Source of the DNA: Corallochytrium limacisporum Hawaii
Lineage: Eukaryota > Protista > Pluriformea
Direction: 5' to 3'
Assembly (NCBI GenBank): GCA_002811645.1
Contig: PDIP01000019.1
Coordinates: 103,592 to 167,591 of the forward strand
Length of the DNA stretch: 64,000 bases
Under the pieces are notes generated by a model that was not told the DNA's origin, searched no databases, and saw only the letters and a program-made list of their open reading frames with translations. Position numbers and translations under genes: made by a program. This document shows positions 38,246 through 48,338 of the stretch, piece by piece. Each line of letters opens with the position of its first letter. The first letter of the stretch is position 1.

Positions 38246-41200
38246 TCAATTGTAAGTGCAGACATGCCCACAGCCCGTCGGACACGGTGTGCCAACACTA
38301 CCTCCGTCCGCCCCCGGTGCACCCCTTGGCGGCGTCTCTTTCGGCGTCGACTGCGACGTGAACCATTGCCGCAAGCACTGCATGTGCCCGCCATGCTGAC
38401 AAGCACTACAATGAAGGTAGAGGCCTTTCACCGCATTCCCGCACACAGAGCAGACGCTCACACTGCGTTGACAAGTACCACAGATCCCCTTGACACCATT
38501 GGGCAGGATCTTGGAGCACTTACCGCAACAGACATTGAAATAGGTCGATTCCTGGTTCAGAGCCCGAATCGCGCCCAGCGGTGCGGTACCAATCACATAG
38601 GTGGCCGGCGCGTGCATATTGTAGCTCTGTAAGAGTTCAATGTAGGCGTGGAACCATGCCTCCGCCACCGCCTGCGGCACCAAGTTCTGTGCAACTTCGT
38701 AGAAAACTGTGTAAATGGTGCAGCACGTTTGTACATCGCCCTGCATGGAATACACATCCAGCACTTCCTTGAGGCCGAGGAGCATTTTGTCCACAAACGC
38801 CAGGCGCAGTCTGTGTGATTGGGACGCATTGGCCAGGGATGAGAGCATCGAGACTGCATCAGCTTGGTCAGTGACTGAGGGTCCACCACCACCAGGGCCC
38901 GTGATGGTACCGCGCGTACCAGAGTTCGCCTGTTGGTGGCTTGCGGGCGTACCACTCGAGCCCGTGATCTGGCTCTGCGACTGCGCAGATATCGTCGACA
39001 GTCCCGGTCGACTACTAACACCACCGAGGCCGGGTGTAGTTGGTGTAGTCTGGCTGCTCTGACCACTACTGCCCCGGCCCGACCCCGCATTCGGACCGCC
39101 GACAGCTGCGGACCCTGGATTGGATCCCACTGAGTCTCGAAGGGAATATTTTCCCGAGAGAATTGAAACGCGGCTGCGGCGGAACGACTGCTTGCCTCCC
39201 GGGGCATCCTGCTCCGACGTAGGAGAGAAAATAGGGCCGCCAGCGTCTGGAGTGGTCACGTCTCCACCCTGGGTGGGATCGAACGCTCCATTCAGAGACA
39301 TTCCGGTGCCGTTTGTGGCCATGGACTGCCGGCTTGCGGTGTATGATGTGCGCAGATTCAGTGGTGTCGGAGGGGTCTCTTGCAATGTTGAAGTTTCGGT
39401 TCCGGCACTGGCACGGTTCAAACTTCCTCCGCTCAGCACTGGTACGAGGCTGGGCAGCTGGTGCGCCACCACAGCCGCGCCCCCTTTGCTGGCGTCACCA
39501 GCGGCACCGCCATTGCCATGCTGGCCCAGGACCTCCCCGTCGGTGTCATTGGTGGTTCCGTAGTTGCCACGGGTGCTATCTTCTAACCCAAGGGCCCAAG
39601 GATCGTGCGTCATACCAATGGCATTCAGTGTCTCATTCACAGCTTGCTCCTGGCGCTTTGTGCGTGTCTGCTGAAGCCGACGGGTGCCGGTTACATTGAA
39701 TGAGGTCGCGTCCATACCTTCATCGAGGCCATAATCAGAAAGATCATCAGAACTGCCGCTTTCGATGCTAGACAACGGTGCGTACTCGTCGCCATCATCA
39801 CCTGGGCCTCCGAGCGTAAATTGTGACTTGCCGCCGCCTTGACCAACCACTTCGGGGCTCAACGGCCGGCCCGTACCGGGATCCGCATCCATGATCGGAT
39901 AATATGAACCCTGGGAATCTTCGTCTGAGGATTCTGAGCGGCCATCGCTGAATGAGCTCACGCTGTCGTCGGAATCCGGGTCCGCAGCACTCGCTTTGAG
40001 CATACCGGCAGCCAAATGCCCGTCCACCACGCTGCCGGTGGTTCCTGGATTGAAAGTGCGTGCTGTCACCATGCCATCCGCCGCACTCCCAATCGTCTCA
40101 TGATGTTGCTGGCTGCTGGCGTTCGTCTTGTCGAACCAGTGGTACGTCAACATCAGCCGCAGGATTGCCCAGGTCTGTGATACGTCCCCGCGATTGGCTG
40201 CATCCGCCTCTCTGCCGTTTATGAGGCACAGCTCAAGAGTGGGCCTACCGCGGGTGCGGTAGCCGTATGCGAGTGTCCGGAAGGCATGGGGGACCACTCC
40301 ACCTCGGCAGCGGATCATTGGACCGCTCATCATGCCCGTACCGTACGCCCCGGACGCTCTTGCGCCGCGACTGACCACTGTTGCCAGCCACGGATTTAGT
40401 ATCCGCGGTTCGGTCTGGAAGAGTTTACGAGCGTATGCACTGAAATTGCCGAGTTGAGTCTGCGGTTCCTGAGCCTCCTTCAAAGCTTCTGCGAGGGCGG
40501 TGGTTCCCGACGACTGAGGTTCCAGCGCCGCGGGGCGCAAGACCAGCGGACTTACCATCGGGCTTAGTGCCCGTGCTGCCGGTATCGGGGGCCTACTTGC
40601 GATCGTGCAAGTTTGTATTTTCGTTGAGGAACTCATATTCTGTAGTAGCGCCCGCTCGGACCGAGAGGCCGAGAAGGCAAAGCTTAGCTGTCCATGTGCG
40701 CCCCAGCTCAGGGCTGTGTGATTCATGCGATTGCGTGGGATCTTGGCGGTGCTCAGACTGTGTAGCATGAAATTGCCGTCCTTGCTTACACTCAGAAGCA
40801 GAGTCGGATCGCCGCGGTGCCATTGGATGCCGGTGGTCACGTCTTTATGGTCGCTCCACGATGCCTTAGGATAGAATGGAGACTGTAGGTCCCAGACATG
40901 AATGTCCAGATCACTGGACAGTAGAGAACAGCTGGCAATTTGATAGTCATGATGCGGCCGCCACTTGGCACGCGTAACCTCAGCGTAGGTTTGCACTTTG
41001 CCAATTTCCGTGGGCGCTGGTCCTGCCAGGGACGGCGTGGTTGGGGTAGTGCCCGGGCTCTGCCCAGAGGTGACCGACGATGCTTCAGCGCCAGCACTGC
41101 TATCGGCCATAGAACTTCTCGGATTCGATGCATTCAGAGTGTCAAAGATTTTGATCACTTTGTCTCGACCGGAAGTCGCTAGGATATTGGGTTGCTCCGG

Positions 41201-42427
41201 GTGCCAGTCCACCGTAAAGGCCGGTCCTCGGTGCGCTGTAACTCGCATTTCCACCACCGATGGCTGACGTAGATCCCACATTGTTAACTGACCGACATCG
41301 TAGACGGCCGCGAAATGGTTAGCATCCTTCGGTGCGAACTGAACATCTCGTACCGGACCGCTGCGAGCTTCAAATACATTCACACAGCGGCCCACAACGC
41401 CGTCTGGGACATTTCTTTGGCGTAGATTGGTCATGATGGCTTTGCTGCTACCTCCACGCATGCTCTGGGAACGCAATGGTGGCATACGCAGATCCCAGAG
41501 GCGAATGGTACCATCCTGTGATCCAGACATCAACAGGTTTGGATTCTGCATCTGAAAGTTTACACGATTAACTGTGCGGTGGTGATCACTCATGGAACCA
41601 ACCATTTTCTGTGCACCCTCCACGTTTAAATCCCAGATGACCACACTGCCATTGGTGGCTCCAGTAGCCAGCTGATGATTGTACGCCGGATTTTGATTCC
41701 ATGCCACGTCCGTGTATGCAAAACTCAGGCCTTTACGTGATCTTCCAACTCGAAGATTACACACCTTCCGCAGCCGCATCATGCGCACCATTTCCGTTGA
41801 CTTCAGACTTAAAGGAATGAAATCTTTGTGGAGTGGTACACCTGGTTCGTGGTCACGCATGCGTTCGGAACTTCGTCCTCCGAGAGATTGGAACTCAAGA
41901 GCAGCATCCGTGGTTGATCCCCATGTGCTCTCTGAGTCGGTATTCGGTGGCGATGTGGTTGTTGAGCTGGCGCCCGGTTGAATTGGTCCTGCATGCCCAT
42001 CTCTGGAACCTTCCCACTGACCAGACCGTGGGTTGTAGTTTGGTTGCCTCGTACGGCTACCCGCAAAGTCACTGTCGGCACCCATCGACCCGTACACCGA
42101 CGCACCCGACATATTCCAATTCCCAGTGTTGTCCAAGGAATTTTCCCGCATGATTTGTTGCGGTCCCAAAGTGACGTAGTTCTGTGCAGCTTCATTTCGA
42201 AACACTTGTGTGGGTGCAGGCTCCGCCCGATCACCACTGGAGTCAAAGATACTAATTACTTCCAATGTCTCACGTCCTGATAGTGCCACATGACGTCCGT
42301 CGAAGCTGCAACTCAACGAATTCAGGTTTCCTTGCGCAATATTTATGCTCAATGTGTCCAAAGGCACAATGTTCGTGGGGTGGAACCTGGGGAGCAAGTC
42401 CCCGCGGGGTCTTGTCGCACTGCCCAT
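38246..42427 (-). CDS. WDR24: GATOR2/SEACAT subunit WDR24 (Sea2/Rtc1), 1393 aa
   Basis: WD40 repeats (DHHRTVNRVNF...LMSGSQDGTIRLWDLR, VRDVQF, KWRPHHDYQIASCSLL), QGDVQTC...WFHAYIELL, and a C-terminal zinc/RING region CSVC...CSACQHGGHMQCLRQWF...CPTGCGHVC. Confidence 0.93.
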   Translation of the reverse strand: MGSATRPRGDLLPRFHPTNIVPLDTLSINIAQGNLNSLSCSFDGRHVALSGRETLEVISIFDSSGDRAEPAPTQVFRNEAAQNYVTLGPQQIMRENSLDNTGNWNMSGASVYGSMGADSDFAGSRTRQPNYNPRSGQWEGSRDGHAGPIQPGASSTTTSPPNTDSESTWGSTTDAALEFQSLGGRSSERMRDHEPGVPLHKDFIPLSLKSTEMVRMMRLRKVCNLRVGRSRKGLSFAYTDVAWNQNPAYNHQLATGATNGSVVIWDLNVEGAQKMVGSMSDHHRTVNRVNFQMQNPNLLMSGSQDGTIRLWDLRMPPLRSQSMRGGSSKAIMTNLRQRNVPDGVVGRCVNVFEARSGPVRDVQFAPKDANHFAAVYDVGQLTMWDLRQPSVVEMRVTAHRGPAFTVDWHPEQPNILATSGRDKVIKIFDTLNASNPRSSMADSSAGAEASSVTSGQSPGTTPTTPSLAGPAPTEIGKVQTYAEVTRAKWRPHHDYQIASCSLLSSDLDIHVWDLQSPFYPKASWSDHKDVTTGIQWHRGDPTLLLSVSKDGNFMLHSLSTAKIPRNRMNHTALSWGAHGQLSFAFSASRSERALLQNMSSSTKIQTCTIASRPPIPAARALSPMVSPLVLRPAALEPQSSGTTALAEALKEAQEPQTQLGNFSAYARKLFQTEPRILNPWLATVVSRGARASGAYGTGMMSGPMIRCRGGVVPHAFRTLAYGYRTRGRPTLELCLINGREADAANRGDVSQTWAILRLMLTYHWFDKTNASSQQHHETIGSAADGMVTARTFNPGTTGSVVDGHLAAGMLKASAADPDSDDSVSSFSDGRSESSDEDSQGSYYPIMDADPGTGRPLSPEVVGQGGGKSQFTLGGPGDDGDEYAPLSSIESGSSDDLSDYGLDEGMDATSFNVTGTRRLQQTRTKRQEQAVNETLNAIGMTHDPWALGLEDSTRGNYGTTNDTDGEVLGQHGNGGAAGDASKGGAAVVAHQLPSLVPVLSGGSLNRASAGTETSTLQETPPTPLNLRTSYTASRQSMATNGTGMSLNGAFDPTQGGDVTTPDAGGPIFSPTSEQDAPGGKQSFRRSRVSILSGKYSLRDSVGSNPGSAAVGGPNAGSGRGSSGQSSQTTPTTPGLGGVSSRPGLSTISAQSQSQITGSSGTPASHQQANSGTRGTITGPGGGGPSVTDQADAVSMLSSLANASQSHRLRLAFVDKMLLGLKEVLDVYSMQGDVQTCCTIYTVFYEVAQNLVPQAVAEAWFHAYIELLQSYNMHAPATYVIGTAPLGAIRALNQESTYFNVCCGKCSKILPNGVKGICGTCQRSVSVCSVCGNAVKGLYLHCSACQHGGHMQCLRQWFTSQSTPKETPPRGAPGADGGSVGTPCPTGCGHVCTYN

Positions 42428-42924
42428 ATTGATTTGCAGGCTGTGTAAACTGTGATTATCCCGATCACTCTATGTTGGCCATCTTCGTCCTCCTTACATA
42501 TCAGCCCGTATCACTCCATCCTTAATGATCATGTTCCATCGCAATGCGGCAAATCTAGAACTGGCATAGTGGTGTCCATTGAAACATATCTTGGTGGAGT
42601 GGAGTGCTTTTCTACTGTTGTTTGGTTGACATACCTGCACAAAAAAGGAGAGTATTTAGGTACTCGCTTCCAGGCACTCGTCCGTACGCCTGCGGAGCGA
42701 ACCCATAGTGAATGTACTAATGTGTAAGCTATGAGGAGGCAAAGCCAACCCGCACACTAGCCCTACCTCGGTCTAAGGGCTGGTGGGAGCAGGAAGAGAG
42801 GGTGAGGGTACATACCCATCGCGAAGGAGCACAAAATATATATAGGCCGGACTGTTCTTTAATAATGTTGTGTCTAATACACGTACGCGTTCTACATGTG
42901 ACGGTCTCTTTGCATGACCACGCC

Positions 42925-43566
42925 CTATTCCCGTTCTTCCGTGTTGATCACTGTGAAGCGGCTTAGGCTAGTAGGGATGGAGGCGATGATGCTGCTAAAG
43001 CGCTTGCTGTTCTCATACACATCACAGATGGGAACGTCGATCAGGCGGTAGTTCCGTGGCACATAGATGGTACATCGTTCTGGCATCTGTATGAGGAAGA
43101 TCCGCCTTTCTTCTTTAGCCTCTTCAATGTGTGCAGGCAAATACGGGTGCATCTGGTTCTCAAAATTCGGCCGATACCAAGTGGAAAGTAGACCAACACA
43201 CTGAAACCTTGGCCCCTTCCCTTCTTCAGGTCCAAAGAAGTGCTGTACCAACCGCACCGCGGCCGACTCCCACTTTTCGTGTTTGTTCAGCTCCTCGCAT
43301 GGAAGCACATAGTGGCCCGTTCCCGGTTGCAGAAGCAGCACATGCGGAAACCCAAACTTACTCACCACCAAGACAGCCTCCACACTCCGGCGAAGTCCAA
43401 GTGTTTTGAATTCTGCTTTCAACCGAGCTGGCCGTGACTCTACATTGATCTTGTCATGATACGCGCTCTTCTGTGTAATTGTATAATTTGTCAGTGGATA
43501 GAGAGTTATTTCTTTCTCCTCCGGCACAGTTACAGCTGGCGCGGGCGCCGATCTGCCCTGCATCAT
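42925..43566 (-). CDS. NUDT21: Cleavage factor Im 25 kDa subunit (CPSF5)
   Basis: ITLYPLTNYT, GLRRSVEAVLVV, PHVLLLQ, WYRPNFENQMHPYLPAHI and IIASIPTSLSRF. First ATG is at 43566. Confidence 0.95.
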   Translation of the reverse strand: MMQGRSAPAPAVTVPEEKEITLYPLTNYTITQKSAYHDKINVESRPARLKAEFKTLGLRRSVEAVLVVSKFGFPHVLLLQPGTGHYVLPCEELNKHEKWESAAVRLVQHFFGPEEGKGPRFQCVGLLSTWYRPNFENQMHPYLPAHIEEAKEERRIFLIQMPERCTIYVPRNYRLIDVPICDVYENSKRFSSIIASIPTSLSRFTVINTEERE

Positions 43567-44063
43567 TGTTGGCTTCGATCTACCTCTGCAGACTGTCAAT
43601 AAGCTGTTCTCTCACACGTATCCAATCGGTAAAGGCATGGACAGATTGGCTTCAACTACCATTTGACCTCGAGCTCATATCCTATCTCATCAGTAGATCC
43701 TTCTGCAGAGATTCTTCATTGCAGAAATGGAGGCCACGAATTATTTCCAGCTAAACCAAAGAAAGGCAGCTACGGGGAGGGCACCTGCGCTTCCGTCGCA
43801 GACTCGCACCTTTTTCCACCCTCACCCTCTCCAAAGTCCATCCCTCCACGAAGGAGACCCGCGTGTGTAAGGGAGGGCGAAAGTGAGAGCACAATCGCCC
43901 GCTGGGTTTCGCCTTGGTATTTTAGTTTCGTCACTGAGAGCAACTGTACTCTTTGATCAATGCAACTTTGACGCATACGAATACGATTGAGTGGTCAAGT
44001 AGTTGAAGCTCATGTGCCTTTATGAACCATACTATGTGAGCGCACGCGGAAACCACACACCCA

Positions 44064-46829
44064 ATGGCGGGTTGCAGAATAGCTCGGAGTCTCTTGCTCT
44101 CCAGGCGATCACCTCTGGCGGCAACAGTATGGAGAGCTCAGGCAAGATCTGTGGCAAGCACGCCAGTGTATTGTTGGCCTCGGCCGGCTCGTTCTTCACG
44201 GAGCAATGGCCCGGCACGCGGTGGGACGCCCAGGAATGCGCACGGTACTTCTGAACCTGTTGAACTGAAGCCAGGGTCACTGGATTCAATAATGCCTGAT
44301 ATGCAGAAATTACTCCGGGGTGAGCTGAGAACTATTACTCCAGCTATGCAGCAGAAGATCGATGAGCTTAATCCTGATTTTGAGAAGTTGTTCACAGATC
44401 GTCCGGGGGACTCGAGAAATACAGACACTCGGCGCTCACAGCCGGGACGCAAACGCCGACGCCTTGCAAAACCTGCGGGACGGACAGAGGACATTGAGTC
44501 GATTGAGAGTGAAGTTATTCGGAATGGAGCGGAAACCTCTGTGCCCCAGGACATTCCCAAAAACCTCACTCTCAGGGACAAGTTAAAGGATCGGCTGGAG
44601 ATTCATGAGGAAAAGGCTGCCATTCGACGGGCCAAGGCCCGGCGCGAAAGGATTGAGGAGGATCGAGGCATTAATGTTTATGAGGATGGCACACTAGCAA
44701 CGCATCTAAGGCGTCGAGGCAAGCATTTGGACCATGAAATGACGAAGTTGGGCTTACCTTGGGAGTGGACGCAGAACATAAGCAACAAAAGCAAACGTCA
44801 ATGGGCTAGAGCAGTTCGTGATGAGGTGCAGGAAAAGATTGAGAAAATGGGTGTCAAGGTCAACGTTAATAGCAGGCGTCGCTGGGCACCTCAGAAGAAG
44901 TTCAAGCTGTCAATGGTGAGTGAAGGAGATGCCAAGAAGATTGATGATCATGGCTTTTTTGTCGGCGAACAGGTCAGTCGCTTCCGCCAACGCATGCAAA
45001 CCGCTATCGAGGATGCTCTTCACATTGCAGTCCCAAATCTTGGAAACCATGTGGTTGCAAGGTCTCTGGTGAGTGTTGTGGACGTGCATGTGGACAAGAG
45101 TTTGACCCGGGCCCGGGTGCTCTACAGGCCGACGGTGGTTGAGTTAGAGGGAGATCTGGACGAATTGCAACGTCAACTTTTTATGAACAGTAGCAAACTG
45201 AACAGTGCAGTGAGGAAGGCTACTGGCTTACAACGGATACCTCCTCTTGTGTTTGTGCCCGATATTAGTGAGGAAGAAATCGGTGAAGACTTTGATGAAC
45301 ACGAGGTTGAAGAGCATAGCGAGGATTTACAGATGTTTGCAGAGGAGCATGGGAGTGATGCTACGAAGAAAAGTAATGCTTACGGTAGGCATCAAAAAGG
45401 AGGGGTCGTAAACAGTGGTGTTGGACAGTGTCGCCCCGACCACAGTGATGCCCAAACCATCCTGCCAACGGGCCGTTTGGATCAGAAGCGCTTGTATGCC
45501 CGCTCTTCAAGTGCAGCGGATCCCGAATTGACTCGGCGAATAACTTTAGAAGTGGCCTCCGGAGTTTCGAAAGAGAAAGAAGGACAGAGCTGGCTCTCTC
45601 CAATTTCACTCTTCCGGGCCTGGCGACCTATGGTTGATCGCAAGCTAGCACGAATGACAAAAGAGCAGCGCGAAGGGAGGCAGACTGCGCATGATGAGCT
45701 AACTCGCTACTTCATGATCAACTTTATGGTGATGGCCGCAAAAGAGAGGAGCGACATTGCCCTTGAACATTACTTGGACGCTCACCTAGAACACCTCGAT
45801 GACGAAACGATTCTAAATCTCTTTGACAAGAGTTTCAGTGGAGAGGAAAGAGCACAGATTGCCCACGATGCCAATGAAGCGGCAGACAAGAAAATAACCG
45901 AATTGGACATTCTGTTTGCAAGGGAAGATCGTGACACTTTTCCGCGAGTTAACTTTGTGATCGAAACAGAGAAAGATGAAGACTCTGAAAAGAAACTGCA
46001 AGAAGCCAAGGAGAAACTAGCAATCCCCACCGATGAACCGACCTACCTCATGACTGTAGGGCAGTTGCAACTGTTCCTGCCGGTGGCACAAGTCTTAAAA
46101 TACCAACCTTTTATTGAAGCTTATGATGCTCTGGAGGCCGAGGCCCGCAGATTCCTACTCGAACGCGCAAGGGAATTTAATCCTGACACGTACAAGAGGG
46201 TGAACATTAAGGCTAAGAAGGAACTGAACGCTCTGAAAAAGCTTGCGGAGTTCAAGCGGATCAATATCCCGACCAAGTTGCAGATTGAGAGGCACATATC
46301 CGAACAACTGGACAAACATGACACCAAGGGCAGTTCTCCTCTAGCTCCCTTAAGTGCCGGTCGCAGAAAGTTGGCCAGGTTTCGCAAACATGAGAGATCT
46401 CGGGAATCCAGAGACCGTGAAACTGATCTCTTTGGAGGGCTTGATGACAATGTGGTCTATGATCGGGATGCCCAACCAAGGTACCGGGACGTCAATCCTC
46501 GGGCCGAGGCTGCAAAGGAAGACGCCGAAACCAGGGAGGTGCTTGCGTCCATCCGAGTCCGTGAGCGACTGCTGGTACCAGTAGCTAAGCAGGTGGAGTG
46601 TGAGGAGTATGTGAAAGCTGCTGATTTGGTCAAGGAATTCACTGAACGAATGTATTCTGCCCAATCATTGGACATAGAAGCTTTGAGTACTGCCAACGAA
46701 CTCTTTGCGGGCCTGCATGCTGCAGAAGGAGCCCTAAAGGAGGCCTGTATCAAGGCCGGTGTAAGGCTGCCGTCAGATGCGGAATACCAGGCTGAGGTGG
46801 CTAAGGAAATGCGTGACAGAGAAAATTGA
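44064..46829 (+). CDS. RBFA: Mitochondrial RbfA-domain protein with long extensions, 921 aa
   Basis: Arg/Ser-rich presequence. VSVVDVHVDKSLTRARVLY...LQRQLFMNSSKLNSAVRKATGLQRIPPLVFVPD (~44973-45263) matches the RbfA KH-like fold pattern. Confidence 0.75.
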   Translation: MAGCRIARSLLLSRRSPLAATVWRAQARSVASTPVYCWPRPARSSRSNGPARGGTPRNAHGTSEPVELKPGSLDSIMPDMQKLLRGELRTITPAMQQKIDELNPDFEKLFTDRPGDSRNTDTRRSQPGRKRRRLAKPAGRTEDIESIESEVIRNGAETSVPQDIPKNLTLRDKLKDRLEIHEEKAAIRRAKARRERIEEDRGINVYEDGTLATHLRRRGKHLDHEMTKLGLPWEWTQNISNKSKRQWARAVRDEVQEKIEKMGVKVNVNSRRRWAPQKKFKLSMVSEGDAKKIDDHGFFVGEQVSRFRQRMQTAIEDALHIAVPNLGNHVVARSLVSVVDVHVDKSLTRARVLYRPTVVELEGDLDELQRQLFMNSSKLNSAVRKATGLQRIPPLVFVPDISEEEIGEDFDEHEVEEHSEDLQMFAEEHGSDATKKSNAYGRHQKGGVVNSGVGQCRPDHSDAQTILPTGRLDQKRLYARSSSAADPELTRRITLEVASGVSKEKEGQSWLSPISLFRAWRPMVDRKLARMTKEQREGRQTAHDELTRYFMINFMVMAAKERSDIALEHYLDAHLEHLDDETILNLFDKSFSGEERAQIAHDANEAADKKITELDILFAREDRDTFPRVNFVIETEKDEDSEKKLQEAKEKLAIPTDEPTYLMTVGQLQLFLPVAQVLKYQPFIEAYDALEAEARRFLLERAREFNPDTYKRVNIKAKKELNALKKLAEFKRINIPTKLQIERHISEQLDKHDTKGSSPLAPLSAGRRKLARFRKHERSRESRDRETDLFGGLDDNVVYDRDAQPRYRDVNPRAEAAKEDAETREVLASIRVRERLLVPVAKQVECEEYVKAADLVKEFTERMYSAQSLDIEALSTANELFAGLHAAEGALKEACIKAGVRLPSDAEYQAEVAKEMRDREN

Positions 46830-46910
46830 AGTCATCTCTACTGTGTTGGGAAGAAGAGGAGGATTCTTTAAGTACTTTAAATAAAATCTACAATTATCAA
46901 AAGTCAAGCT

Positions 46911-47711
46911 CTACTGGCTGCCTGATAACAGAATGACATGGTCGTCGTTCGGGTACGGAGGTACATTCAGTCCGTATTTTGTGTTTAACTTCGGAGGAAC
47001 AAAGCGTCCACCCAGGAAGTGTTGGCCAGTGAAGTGGACTGAACACCGTTTTGGTGCGGTAAGAGAAATCAGAGCGTCCGGCATCCAATGCTTAGCCATG
47101 CCCGTCGGCCCGTCCTCAACGTTCCAGGCACTCGGCACATCCACTGCCAAAATCCTTGGTCTCAGATCAACAGGTGCCTCATAGACAGCCTTCAACAGCG
47201 ACGCAAAAGGCTCCCGGGGCTCACCCTTGAAGCTGAAACCAAATACCGCATCCATGACCACTCCGTAGTTACGGTACCAATTGTCCGGAAGTTTGGATTC
47301 CCTTGAGACCTTCACATCAGAGCCTTCACATTGTTTAATCAATCGACCAAAGAGTTCGCTCTTGCCTTCCTTGGGGTAGATCACGTCCACTTGATGGCCA
47401 TATTGTACCAGATGCCGAGCAGCGACCAGGCCATCACCACCGTTGTTGCCTGGACCTGCCAGGATCAACGTCCGCTTAGGACCGTCCATGCAAAGTCTTG
47501 CTGCAGTAACTGCACAGCTCAGACCTGCGAGCTCCATCAGCTGATCCACACTGTAGCCGTACTCATTGAAGAGCTCCTGGTCGAGTCTTTGAGCTTCCTC
47601 CTGCCCGAGTTTCTTGATCTCCGTCATTGTGCTATTGCGTGCCGCTGATGATGTGGTGAGCTCCCTGCCGAATCGGTGAATACGCTGGATTGTATGCCCT
47701 CGTATAGTCAT
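46911..47711 (-). CDS. NAXE: NAD(P)H-hydrate epimerase (YjeF_N; NAXE/AIBP/Nnr1)
   Basis: YSVDQLMELAGLSCA, GPGNNGGDGLVAARHL, DAVFGFSFKG, DVPSAWNVE, LISLTAPK and HFLGGRFVP. Confidence 0.97.
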   Translation of the reverse strand: MTIRGHTIQRIHRFGRELTTSSAARNSTMTEIKKLGQEEAQRLDQELFNEYGYSVDQLMELAGLSCAVTAARLCMDGPKRTLILAGPGNNGGDGLVAARHLVQYGHQVDVIYPKEGKSELFGRLIKQCEGSDVKVSRESKLPDNWYRNYGVVMDAVFGFSFKGEPREPFASLLKAVYEAPVDLRPRILAVDVPSAWNVEDGPTGMAKHWMPDALISLTAPKRCSVHFTGQHFLGGRFVPPKLNTKYGLNVPPYPNDDHVILLSGSQ

Positions 47712-48025
47712 CGTCGTTTCCCTGGGTTTTTACATTGGCTGTATGCTAATGGTACGCTTCGACAGCAGCTCCAGATGAGACTTAAATACTCACCACATTC
47801 CACCCGGTTGCGTCATCTCTCCACCCTGCACATAGGCAGGATTCTCAAAATCGACGGCTCAATCTGATATGAATCTCAAAAGAGGGGCCCTGTTTTACGC
47901 TATGCTCTGTACTCTGACGGGAACGCCTGAGGCAAGGGGCCCCCGCTCACCCCCCCATCTTTCCGGCTTTGTTTTCGCTTCAGTGGCTGGTGCTGGGACC
48001 TCTTCTTAGTACCAGGGCCCCCTAG

Positions 48026-48044
48026 TTTGCGCGCGCCAAATTTT
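48026..48044 (-). promoter_or_regulatory. E2F-type site (TTTGGCGCGC on minus strand) in the NAXE/NUP93 divergent promoter
   Basis: TTTGCGCGCGCCAAATTTT; the reverse complement matches TTTSSCGC. Confidence 0.4.
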
Positions 48045-48338
48045 CGGGGGGGCGTCAAGAAGCGTGGCGGCTCCAGGGGAGCGCTGGGGGATCAGTTGCA
48101 CGCAGGGGGTGAGAGGGGGAAGTGTGGCCAGGTGCTCGGTGAGATGTTGGTGTATACTCGTCGGAGAATCACTTTACTCTTTGCTGGGTTAAGCTTATTG
48201 GACTATCCCGTAGCCCATGAATTCTAATGCTGGAGATCAGCTGGTATAAATTTAATAAACTGAGCGGCAACACACAAGCCTGATACAGGGTGAATAGATC
48301 ATACATACATCGTGCTTCTTCCTAGCCAACCTATCATC

